A stretch of 64,000 nt of DNA from Hamiltosporidium tvaerminnensis FI-OER-3-3 (taxonomy: Eukaryota > Fungi > Microsporidia), in assembly GCA_022605425.2 (NCBI GenBank), contig CM061254.1, positions 310,001 through 374,000 on the forward strand, given 5' to 3'. A program made the translations under genes and the position numbers. Each line of letters begins with the position of its first letter. Within the stretch, counting starts at the first letter, position 1. Positions 15,777-28,400 of this stretch are shown here, one piece after another. Under the pieces are notes generated by a model. The model made no database searches, was not told where the DNA came from, and saw only the letters and a program-made list of their open reading frames with translations.

Positions 15777-15938
15777 CCATGCCGGGAACAGAATTGGCTT
15801 GGAGTATTCACTGCTTGCTTTTTTTGGGTACGTTGGGCGTAAGGCTAACAACTCCACTAGAAAAATCAGGTAGGTGTATTTATTACCCAGAAAGGCCAAG
15901 GCTCGTACAGTAACTTTAGTGCCGATGATCCTGATGAT
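15777..15938 (+). mobile_element. Short RTE-derived non-autonomous element, copy 2 (internally deleted)
   Basis: ccatgccgggaacagaattggcttggagtattcactgcttg...gttgggcgtaaggctaacaactc...aggccaaggctcgtacag...tagtgccgatgatcctgatgat. Lacks the GTCGTAAGAGGCGAC hairpin and part of the middle. Flanked by aataaaaat at 15762-15770 and 15942-15950. Confidence 0.8.
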
Positions 15939-18900
15939 ATAAATAAAAATCTACGTGTATAGATCTAAAGAGTAAATAAAAAATTTTTTAACTACGTTAA
16001 ATGGACAAACAGTTACAGTGAGATTTTTACATAAAAATTGCGTATATCTCTAATTGCTGTTGATTTTACTTATACGAAGTTATAGTGTAACCGAGAATAC
16101 TAAAAACAGATTTTTAGGCTTTTATAGAGTGCAAATGCGATTCCCGGTTGATGCGCTTTTTATCTTTCGTGCGGAAAGTTTGCGAGAAATGCCGACCAAA
16201 CAAACAAAATTGTATTAGGACTCCATAACATGGCGAAGCCCTGATTCATCGTCGGATTGTGTATAAATGGTTAGCAAGGAGCGAGCTATTTAATAAATAG
16301 ATAGGATTCAAAGGTTCTCTTAATATATCTATAAATACGTTAATTACCCTGAATAGTGCTATAGTGTGTTTTTCGCTCGAAATAAGACCACAGATTATTC
16401 TCACATCTATTTATTCCGTTCTTGTTGTATTTGCGACAATTTTGTTTAAGTTCGGGGTTCGTTCTGTTATTGTCAAATTTAAATTAAATATGGTGTAAAA
16501 ATTCTGAATTGAATAATTTTTTTTGTGAAACAAGCAAATTCAATTAGCTTTCATTTTGGCTCGGTATTAGAATATATCGTGGATCACTTTATCGTTGCAA
16601 ATAAATAGCAAAAAATATTTTTAGTGATTATAAGACAACATATCAAACATCAATACAAAGTATCAGGGCTCATATGTTTGAATTATTAGACAATATATTT
16701 TTTTTCATTTGCATCCATAATTTATATTCCTTTTTTTTAGAAAAAAGGAAATCGCGTAAAAAATTTTATAAATATATACAGCAGATCAAACCTACGAAAA
16801 TTTTTAGTTTATATGATTTAAGTAGTTATAATCCGAGCTCTCTGTTTATATATCTATGCTTTACTTAACAAGTGATTTCATACTATAATTTCGGTTAAAA
16901 TTTATACTGAATCTATTAAAATTCCAATCGTTTCTTTTATGCAATCTTCAAACATCAAGTAAGCAAAAAATAGAAACGTTACACCAGTTCGAAATTTTTA
17001 TAAGATTTTAAACAATTTCAAAGCTCGATTGTTTAATTTTTTTCAAACAGACGTATTAGAGCTTATATTTGTGACGAATTTGAATTTCTTAGAAGGATTT
17101 TATCACCACCGGATGGTAGATTTATGATATTTATTGTATTTATAGAGAGAAATAAACCAACATAAACATACGAAGTATATTAAATGCTCAAAAAGCAATC
17201 TTTGCTTAAAAAGCCCGAAAAAAATATGCATATCAGAGAAATATATTATGACAAGGTTTGACCAAATTTTATTTGAAATTGTTTTTAGAGTTTTTTTTTG
17301 AAACCATTTTAACCAATATACGACACGATAGTGAAAACTATAGTTAATTATCTTAAAGAACTTAATATTTCAAAATTTGTATAAAATTTCGATTGCAAAA
17401 ATAGCTTTATCATAAGCATAAATATATGTTAATAGAACTTACGGAAAACTAAGGAAATCCCAAATTATTAGAATCAATACATTTATTCAGTGATCAAATA
17501 CGATTAAAAATAGAAAACTCTTATGCTAATCAATTATATAGGGGTTACGGGCAATTCAAATAATTGGGTATTATGTATAATGCCCGAGGCAAATTGGAAT
17601 TTGAAAAATTTTTTATGTCATTAAAAAAATCCGAAATATTAATAATAGAAAAAATTTCAGAAAGAAACATATAACCTAGCTTAAAATCTCTAATTTAATA
17701 TACGCAACCTTTAAAAAGTTGACGGGAGAGTGTTAGTCTTATATTTCGAAAGAGGCTGCACCGATGCAAGAAACATTATGGTATTTGTTCTTGACAAAAC
17801 AGATACTTTTAGATTATTGAGCACTAAAAATAGAATCTTGTTTTGGGTTTGCGCGAGGAACCAATCTACAATATGTAGTTTAAACTTTTTTTTATTTTGA
17901 AGAAATTCCAAAAGACGTCAGCTATTAAGTGAATGTGCACGAATGTTATTTAAGACCGCGTGCGAAGGTTAGTAATCGATAGATTTTCAAACTGAATGGT
18001 ATCTGATAACTGTAAAAGCTATAAAATAAAGGGCTTTGTGCCTCGAATTTCACAGAAGGAAACTGTTCTAATAATGTAAACCGTATAGGAATAAATGTTT
18101 TTCAAATGTAAATGTTTTTCGTTATAATTACTTTTTTTCTATAATGTTTTTACTTTAGTAATATTTCTTCTTATTTTTGTATATAATAAAATAATTATAT
18201 TAAAATTCTCAAATAAACCAATTTTTTTGGCATTATAATAATGATAATGCCCAATTTTTTAATTTTCCCGTAACATATATATTGCTTTTAATTCTGAAAT
18301 ATTTATTTCTTTTATATGAATAATTCAGGAATCTTTTTGTGTTATTAAACTAGTTTATCTTAGTTTTTTTTATATATGAAAATTTATTTTTAGATGACCG
18401 TTGCCTAAACAGATTATGACATTCTGACCAGGTATTAAATTGACATATTATTTTCAGGTAAAATCCGTGTGAAAATACATCTTGAATGGTTTACTACATT
18501 GAAATATTTCGAAGTGAGTTAAGATTTAGGCTCTTAATAAGAAAAAAACCTTTTGAAAATCAAATAAAAAGCCTAAACTAGGAAAAACAAAATCGATTTG
18601 GATCAGCAAATTTCCATTATAATATCTTTAGAATTGTATATTTTTGCCAACAAAAAAAATTCTAGCACTATTTTTCACTGATTTTTTTTGATTCTATTTA
18701 TTATAAAGACCCGGGTTGCAGTATAGCTGTTGTGCATATTTTTGGATGCTAAACCAAGTGTCAATTGTTCGAGATATTATAGTTTTGTAAAGAAAGTTTC
18801 AAGAATATGATAAGCAATTTAAAAAATACGAGTCATACGATTGGAATTGTTGGTTAGTAATATGTAAAGTGCAATTTGGGTTAATTTGTATCAATATAGT

Positions 18901-21900
18901 ATTTTTTCACCTTTTCTAATCTATGATGAACGATTTTAAAACACAAAGAATTCTAGTTTAAACATATAAAATGTGAATTTCAAGATCGCATAATATTAGC
19001 CTTATCCATATTAAATTTTTTATTTTAAGACAAAAGAAAAACTATAAATTTGATCTTCTCGAATACGTTCAAGCGAAAATTAAAATATTTTTAGGGTTTT
19101 CGTTGCTTATGATCTTTTTTATAAATAAACATAAAGGTTTATGGATAATTAGATTGTGGTTGATTTTTATGTATAAATGTGAAGTAAATCAAAACTAAAA
19201 TATAAAAATGAGATAAGTACTATTATAAAATAGATAATCTTTTACAGAATCATAAATCTTAACTTAATTTATTTATTTTTTATTTGTGCTTAAAATGATA
19301 ACCATTTTTGTAAACTGTTCTAAAAAAACCTTTTATTTTGACTTAAAGATTAAAATTATATGAACTAATAAAGAGCAAATTTAAACTTGCATTGTCGGAT
19401 ATATACTTTACACAATCTTTGTCACATTCTTAAATATCTCTTTTATAAGAAATATGTTAAATTGTATGACACATACCTGCAATGAATTATAAAAACTCGG
19501 TGACCGATATAACACCCTTAAAGATAAAGGATTACTCAATGCTGACATAAAGCGTAAAATCTCGCTATACCGATATAATGCTAAGGAAGTCTTTTTTTAC
19601 TAAGCTAACAATATTTATGATTCTTTTAGAAGTTCAATAACATTTTAATTTATATATTTTATTGAACAACTATCTTTCAAATTACATACTTATAACCCGA
19701 ATGTACTTTTTTGACTTTTATTTTTTCTTATTTATTTCTAAGTCATTTGTAAAAAATGGATATATGCGATTTTATTAGAACAGATTAGAGGATAATATAA
19801 AGTTAAACAAGTCAACGAAATTATCAAACTAATTCATATAGTTACAATAAAGGTTTTGTCTTAAATAGAATATTATCGCACGCTATTCAAAATTATGTCT
19901 ATAATTGTATATTTTTTAAATTATATTTTGCAACCTTGCTTCAAAATATATTTGATTTATTAAGAATTTTTAGTTTAAGTAAGATATTTTTTTCCGTAGA
20001 ACAAAGATAACTTTATTTGTAAAAATATGATAAATGAATTTTCATTAAAGATAACTAAATAAGTTTAGAAATCGCTTTAAAGATTTTGGTAAAGAAACCT
20101 AACAGGCTCATTTATTAGTTATGTGAGTGTATAACCATATTTGATACAAAAATATATGTTTTTCTATCTCATATCTGCTCTAATGTATCTTTAAAGATAC
20201 CTTATACGAGCAGATGCTCTTATATTCAATGTATGTAAAATCGAACAATTTCAAAAGAACAATAAACTATAAATTTTCTATTCTAATAAAATAAAAAGAA
20301 AAAGGAAAAAAACAATGAATTTGCTAAGTTTAAAAAAAATACTAAACGATAGAAAGTTCATATATAAAAAAACCAATCCCTCTTTTATATTAAAAAATCG
20401 GTTTTTTATGCATCACATGATTTATTAGGCGATATTTTGTAAATAATATAGTTTTATCACTTAAAGAAAATTCCAATTTACCTAACACTTTTTTAAAGAA
20501 TATTTAGGAGCTACAACATATATGTAAAATTCTAAATGAAAAAAATCTTAAAGTTTACCTGGTAAACGTTGCAAATATGGTATTTGTTTGTTTTACAAAT
20601 GTTTCGCAGCTAATTTAAGATGTGATTGCAAAGAAATGTTTATAAAACAAGAGTAAAATCAAAATAAACAATAAAGCTTTGTATGATTATTTTAATTATG
20701 ATTGAAAATAAATATTGTTTTGCTCTTAGCGTTTCTATACTAAGGCATAAATATATTACAAAGGAAACTAATTGATGCAAATAAATATTATATTTCATTA
20801 AAGTAGTTAAAAAGCCGGTATATTGAATATAATTTGAAAACACTATATGTAACTCATAAAGCATTTTGTGATGCATTTACTTTCTACTGTTTATACACCG
20901 ACGTATCTCTTTGTTTAATATTTGTGGTAGAACAAATGTTTAACGATTTTTCTAACGAACGATAACGATTTAAAATATTGCTACATTTAATTTTAAAATG
21001 TGATCTAAATATAAGATTCTTACACCCTGATATTATTTATTCTATTTGTTTTTTCTATACATAGATATGTATTTAACTATAATTTTTGATTTTTTTTAAT
21101 AATTTATCCTAACAACCCAAGTGTACGTGTGCTTCATCAAATTTCAAAATAATATTGTAAGAATTGAAATCAACATAAGTATAGATCAATATACTTTTCA
21201 AAATACAGCGCACGTATTTTTAAAATATATTTAATATTTGTTATATATCATCAAACATCATATTTTAACTAACATATTTTTCAATTCGTTTTTTAGATTT
21301 TGTTGCTCGAACGCTATGCTATTGAAATATATCAAAAAATTTAAACAATAATAAAATATTCTAAAAATGCGAAAAACAATTTATTAAGTCTTATTTCTAA
21401 TAAAATAAAAATATTATGTTATTTAAGGTAAAGTGATTTAGGTATGATTTGTGTGTTTATAAATATAATATAATCGCCAAATATAAATCGCATATGTTCA
21501 ATAGCACTGCATTTAGCTTTATTTTGCAGGTTCTGACATATTGAATGATTTTCTTGAGATTTTTACGTATAATATCTTAAAGAAATTTTTACATGTTGTG
21601 TCGAAAATTAGAAATATTTTGACATAGTATAGCTCAGAATTCTTCTTTCGGATTCGCCGCATTTAATAGTTCGTGCATTTTAAATTTTTTAAATTTTTAA
21701 ATTTGAGAAAAACATATAAAACCAGGCCTCCTTAGATATATTTAGACACAAAATCAACCTCTGAGCTAATATAATACTTAGTTTAGCTTTTTTTTCTGAA
21801 TTAAATTTAATAGAAAAATTCTACCTGTTTGTTTTTATCGTTATTGTTCCTTATCTTTTACTGCGTTCGACAAGTATACGGTTCTATTTATTTCTCATGC

Positions 21901-23462
21901 CCTTAGGTTCCATACTTATTTTATTTAGGTACAGATATATTTAATTTATTACCAGCGGAATTCAAACTTTAATTTTACACTAATAAATTTATTCTATACA
22001 AAAAGTATGCCAAGATTATAAATTTAAAATTTAAATAAAAAGATTTATAATTCATAATTAAACCTTTATGCGCATCAAATAAATGATGATGTTCTTGCAA
22101 TTTAGGATCAATATGCTGTCAGCATATTCAAAATAAAAAATTCTTCAATATTTTATTGAAATAGTTAATCTAGGATATGTTGTTATGTTTATAAATTTTA
22201 TATTTTAAAATTTTTAACATAGTCCCAAAACAGCTGTTCGTAACCTTTATGAAGTTTTATTTCCTACGGTTGTAATATCATAAAGTATGACAACTACAAA
22301 AAATCCAAATATACATAAGATTTTTATAACTTAAATTTTTCTAACGTTTTAGTAAATTTATTCATAAATAACAAAATTGCCATTTTATAAATACATTTCT
22401 CAAATCACAATCAATCTATCGAACTTATAAACACAGCTATCAATTTTAAGGTACAATCATGCAGGCAAAATATATTTATAAATAGTTCTAACACCATTAT
22501 GTTTTTTTTAATTTGGATTTTGGCGTAAAAAAAACAACTTTCTACTGATTTAATAGAACCGAAAGCAACAGTGCCTTTTTCTCTTTAAAACGTAGAACCT
22601 ATCCATTGGCTTTGTATTTTATTTTATATTCTAAATCTTAAAATAGTATAATTTCTATAACTTTTTCATTAAGGTCAAATATTCAAAACCTAAAACTTTG
22701 CGCTTGTATAAATTGCTTTACTTTGAATTTACTATTTGAATTTTTGAAAAGTATAATAGATAAATTTTAAGTTCCGTTTATTGCTTAGAGTTGGTATTCT
22801 AACTGAGCGTGCATAGAACCAATAAGATATTGAGTTTCTGTAAAAGTAGGCGGATCTCTATGTTAATTTTGAACGATTTGTGCTGAAAGAACCAATAAAA
22901 CAATATTTGATAGAATGCGAAGAAAAGCCAAAAATTTTAAAAACGAATAGCTATACGTTAATCTATAGCTTGAAAACTTACATCCAAAGCCCACTATAAA
23001 TTTTGATAAACTTAAAACAGTTTAAGCGCGAGGCTCATGATAAATTCAAAATCGTTTTTTTTGAAATTATAAAATTAGCCGGAATGTAGTAAATCTAAAA
23101 AAGACAAAATACTTCCTAGCATATTCTAATATTATCGTACCAATAGCACCTCTGCTCAGAATTTTTGATTTAATAAAAGATGAAAATTTTATCATTTAAA
23201 ACATCAGTATTCGGATGAAGCATCGAACTTAAATTAGAATATGGGTATCAACATAAAAAAATACAATATATTCAGAAGATAGTAAAAAAAACAAATTAAC
23301 CGTATTGCATTGTCAGACTATGGTTCTAAAATAATTGAATTTCTGCGTTGTGCCCTTTCCTTGCATTTATACAAGAACTCAAGTATAAATGATCGATATT
23401 CTAACTATCGTATGACATTCGGAATTTTTTGTTTTGATACATATTAGGTAAAGGGTTTTCTA

Positions 23463-23692
23463 CCATGCCGGGAGCAGACTTCGCTTTGAGTATTCTCAGC
23501 TGTCGTAAGAGGCGACTAAAAGAGACTGATCCTCCATGTTGGAGTTGGGCATAGGGCTAACAACTCACCCTTTAAAACTACCGGTTACAAACTCAATAAG
23601 TATACAAAGCCACTGGAAAAAGATCGGTTGGCGCTATTATAAGGTAGGCCAAGGCTCGAACAAGGCTGTAGTGCCAAGGATGAATGAATGAG
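23463..23692 (+). mobile_element. Short RTE-derived non-autonomous element, copy 3 (best preserved core)
   Basis: ccatgccgggagcagacttcgctttgagtattctcagctgtcgtaagaggcgactaaaagagactgatcctccatgttggagttgggcatagggctaacaactcaccc...aggccaaggctcgaacaaggctgtagtgcc followed by a (GAAT)n-like tail. The 3' end matches the typical RTE-clade GGCTGTAG(C/T)GCC + short microsatellite terminus. Confidence 0.85.
23467..23525 (+). ncRNA. Candidate structured (ribozyme-like) pseudoknotted RNA module at the 5' end of the RTE-derived element
   Basis: Stem GYCRR/TTGGC with a GAGCAGAA loop, a downstream TCTGCT-like segment complementary to that loop, hairpin GTCG-TAAGAGG-CGAC, then TAA and a purine run that can pair with TTCTC. 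Pair-preserving changes occur between copies. Activity not demonstrated. Confidence 0.5.
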
Positions 23693-25179
23693 TTAGTTCA
23701 AAAGTACCTTATGAAACCTTTTCGAATCCCCAATTTATATATTTAGTTATTTTACATTCATTTATTATGATGAATCAGTCTGTTCAACTTGCGATATATT
23801 GAATGAGTCTTTTGCCTATCAAGAATTACGGCATATTACTTAGATCAATAGAAAGATTGTAAATCTTGCAATATAGAACACAAACAATATATTTTATAAC
23901 ATCTATGTATTTTAATACTTTATTTTCCACGCTAATTGTTTAAAAAATATGTTTTATTTTATAAGGCAGTTTAAAGAGCTTTTCATAATATACACACAAA
24001 AAATATTGAAATCTTTTACTTTCTGAGATAATGATTTGCCTTATGTACGCCATAATTAGATATATAAAATTCTATCGTTTGCTTCGTAATAAAATGGATT
24101 TTAAGAGTTATAATAGTAAGTAAACATGGATGCGACATATAAGTAACAAAGATATGAAATTTAAGAAATTTGGAATTAATTAGGCTTATGAAATATAAAA
24201 TGATATTGTTCTATTATGCACGATAACGCATTTGGATTATTATTGTATACATTTTCCTATAATAGAACCTATATCTAATGAGCCCGTATAATTTTTCTTT
24301 AGATATTTCTAACGATTTTTATGAGTTATTTAACGCAAAGAATAACATCGGGAACGAAATCATTATTTTTTAGCTATTTTAAATTTTAAAACTAATATAA
24401 ATTTTTCTTTAGGTTTCGAATTTATTTGAAAACAAACATATAAGATCTTTAAGCATAAGTTTGGGATATTACAATATATTGATAATGTACCTCATCAATG
24501 AAACTCTTATTTATATTAATTGTGTTTTGGAGTATAGTAAAAACTCATGAATTCTTTTATTGTGTTTCTATTTGATCTAAAGTGTGGCTAAATATATATT
24601 GGTAGTACCTAATTAGTGTTTTGAAATTGTATCAAACAAATTTAAATAATATTTTAACTAGCTTTCGAATAATTCATTATTTCAAGGTAACCAGCACATT
24701 TAACACATATCTATTATAAATATTTATTCGCTAAGATAGCACAAAATTTTGCATGATTATATAAATTTTACAAGTTAATTAGACAATTGTTGCAATCATA
24801 AGTTGTTTAGAACGTAGAACAAAATGTGATCTTCTCATTGTACTAGAAAAAAGGTTCTTGAAGAAAAAAATCTATAGAAACAATAATTGAAATTTTATTC
24901 AAGTGAATGAATCAGTAGCATTCAATAAAATTGTCCATTTTAAATTATAAAAAAAATTCAAAAGTGTTCTAAGCGATTTTATTAAAAAGAGATATATATT
25001 TCATTATAGACCATTATATCTTTTACCTATTCTACCTTACATATTTTTTAGCATATGTTTTTTAATAGCAAAACAAATGAGTTGAATACTTGCAGTATAT
25101 TCTAAGCTTGGATCAGGGCTTTGTTTTTCTCTTATCGAACTTGTGGATTGAATAAAATAATAAAATAAAAATATCTGCA

Positions 25180-25410
25180 CCATGTCAAGAGCAGAATTGG
25201 CTTGAAGTATTCTTTGCTTGTCGTAAGAGGTGACTAAAGGGACTGGTCCTCTATGTTAGGCGTAGGCTTAACAACTCACTCTTCAAAATCACTTGTTACG
25301 AATCCAAAATAAAGAAACTAAACTACTGAAAAGAGATCGATTGGCAGTATTACTAAAGGAGAAAGAGGTCTATACAGGGCTGCAGTGCCTATGATAAAGT
25401 AATAGAAGAT
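25180..25410 (+). mobile_element. Short RTE-derived non-autonomous element, copy 4, with 14-bp target-site duplication
   Basis: ccatgtcaagagcagaattggcttgaagtattctttgcttgtcgtaagaggtgactaaagggactggtcctc...tacagggctgcagtgcctatgat. Exact direct repeat aaataaaaatatct at 25163-25176 and 25411-25424. Confidence 0.85.
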
Positions 25411-28400
25411 AAATAAAAATATCTTGCTATGCTTCTATATACTAAATTTATATTTTTTTTGGAAAACATTTTTTTAGATATCATAGAAACACCTAGCTTC
25501 TAATTTAATATTTTTTTGTTTTATAATTATCAAATTTATGTCTACTGATTTGATAAAACTATAAAAGAAAATCTATAGTGGCGTAAAACTTTACTTAGGT
25601 CAGTATAATTACACCATTTGTTTTTCCATTTCATATTTTCATTAAACTCTACTACATTTAAGTTTAAAAAGTTCTTTTCTTTAAATAAAAATTTGAATAA
25701 AATTTTGAATGCTTGCAGTGACTGGATGTCAAACTAAGGTATTCTTTAAGATTGGAATATGTAAAAATTATATCCCGAATTTTTTAAAGATTTTTTGCAA
25801 TCTTACTATAATTTACTGTTGTAGAAGCTTTGACATATCTCGCTGTTTATATCGTTTATTGCGCAAAATTTTAATATTTTTCTATTGATTCTATAATTAG
25901 GTGGAGAAAGTATCACTCTATTAAAACAATCTGATGGGCAATAAGTTTATTTAAATAGTGTGAATATCATTATTGCCTTTTTACTCGAATATAAACCACA
26001 ATGGATCTATAAGATAAGACATAATAATATTAGTTACAATGGATAAAATAAGCAAATAGAAAACTACCATTTTTAATCTTCGAAACTGAAGAGTTAAATA
26101 TGACTGGAATAAGAGAGAGGATTCTTTAATCAGTTTGAAAGATCTCTAGATTATACAAAGCAAGAAGCATAGCGGAGTTCATCATAAACTTTTCAAGCAA
26201 GAAAATTTTAGATACAAAATATTGTAAAGAAAGTGAATGTCTAGGATCAATATATTTAACGTAAATATTTACTATTTTTAGAATTATTAAAAAATCGAGA
26301 CAAATTATGAGCGTCGCTTTTCGATTGCTAGAATTGTGTCGTAAGCCATACCGAATCACTGCCAATTATCTGCTCTCCTGTTAAATTTAATGCTTCGTTA
26401 ATTTTTCTTTTTAAATTGTGGCTCACTTTTTTACTTAAGCCAGGGCTTTTGGTTTGAAAATGAAGCCTTTCGTTAACTGTAACCCAATCGCCTAAACTTA
26501 TTTTCTATTATCAAACTAATAACAAAGTGGCAGTTTTTATTATTTTTTTTATACGCAAAGGAAATAATAACATTAACCTAGAAACCTTTTCATATATTTT
26601 TTCACAATAGATATATTTAATATCTATCGCGGATCTACTTTAAAAAGAAAACCGTAATTTTGTACACACATTAACATTTCTAACATATGGAACACCTGCC
26701 ATCATTCATTGAACTCTAACTACGCGACAGAGTAATTAAGTTTTAGCATTTCTTGTCTTGGAACAGTCATTAAACCAATCTCTTTACAAATTTTAAAATA
26801 TAACCTGATTATATATCAAATAATAGTTCTGAAAATATATCCGCGAGAAAGACTTTTATTTTTACTATATATTTTGAAAGTCATATAATTTCTTCTATTT
26901 GATAATTAAAATTGAATTTCAAAGGCATAATTTGTTTATAGAATAAAATTGGTAAACGAAACACATGGTGTTTATTAATTTATGTACGATCTTGTAAAAT
27001 AATTTACTTACGAAAATTTATATACAAAGAGATATAACTTTACTTAAATTATTGTTTGGTAAATAAAAACAGGGTATATAGTTTTGTATTTTTCTATATC
27101 AAAATACATTTTACAGTTAATTATAACTCATAAACACGGTATGTTCGAAAATAAAGAAACATTACAAGAATTTGAAGTAGATTTTCTAACTAGTTGGTTG
27201 TAAGAAATAAAAAAATATTATTTTAAAAAGTTTAGATGTATCTAAGATTCTGAGTCTTTTTTTATGCTTTATAAAATTGTTTTCGACAAAATAGGTTTCA
27301 CAAAAAAAATATATTTAGCTGGATGAAAAACAAATTTTTTTTCAACATTAAAAAAATAAAAAAAAGCTTTTCATGTTTAGACATAATTGTATCGATTCGT
27401 TAAAAGTAAAATGTGTTTCAGTTATTTAACATGAATGCTCCAAAAGACAAAAATATTTTAATTATTATCTTTTCAAAAAACTATAGTATAAATTTCGATG
27501 TTTTTTGATGAATTTAATACGCCTTTAGTGTTTATTATGCAGGTTTTTTAAATTTTCATATAATAATTCTTTTATAACAGAATTTATTGGCAACAAGCCG
27601 ACATAGCTCTATATTTTAGCTTATATTTTTGGTGAAGGAAAACAAATCGCATGTAAAGTTTTATATATATAAAAATCTAGTTAACATTTTTTGCGGCATT
27701 AATATAAAATTTTTGAACAGAAAAGAGTTTGCGATTCGTCTATTTTTTTCATCAGTTTCTATATTCATAAAAAAATCGGGTTTATAAAGTATTATGGGCA
27801 TAGACATGTTCTCTTTGTTGTTTTTTCTTCATCTTATGGTTTAATCCTTATCTGGCCCAAAATATATCTCAAACTATGAAACTATAATGAATTAATTTAT
27901 TTTAAAAAACCAAACCCGTAAGTGTTAATAAATATTATACAAAATGCTTCTTAATATCATGTCTATACCCTTAAACTAATTTTGTTTCAAATCAAAGACC
28001 CGGATCGAAAAACAGTTATTGATTGTAAGACTATCCTTTAGATTTTAAAATACAAATCATTGTGCAAATGTCTTTTATTTTTTGGGATATATGTTAGAAA
28101 ATAGATTTATAAGTGAATATTATAATAGAATTATAATGTACATAACATTAAGTGTTTTTAAGCTGCATATAACAAAGTTTTGCCATGTGAGCCATAAAAA
28201 CGTGTATTTCAATCTAGTTAAATCAAATAAAGTCTAAAATTTCAATCGAATATTAGCGAAAAAATGTGCTTATAATAGACTTAAGCCTTTAATTCGTTAA
28301 TTTTAAATCTAAAATTTGAAAATATATGTGTCTAGAAAAATTGAGAATCTTAAGGTTGGAAATATAAAGAACTTTTATTTAGCATTCAATAATGGTTGCC

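Noticed and set aside
5783-16000. aactacgttaa found 50-65 bp downstream of both mini-element copies 1 (5783-5793) and 2 (15990-16000)
   Set aside because: Short match, absent after copies 3 and 4, and upstream flanks do not align. Insufficient for a larger shared unit.
23526-23566. HDV-like ribozyme reading of tcctcc...ggctaac
   Set aside because: TCCTC and GGCTAA resemble L3 and J4/2, but P1/P2/P3 cannot be assembled in HDV order. A simple bulged hairpin explains the pairing better.
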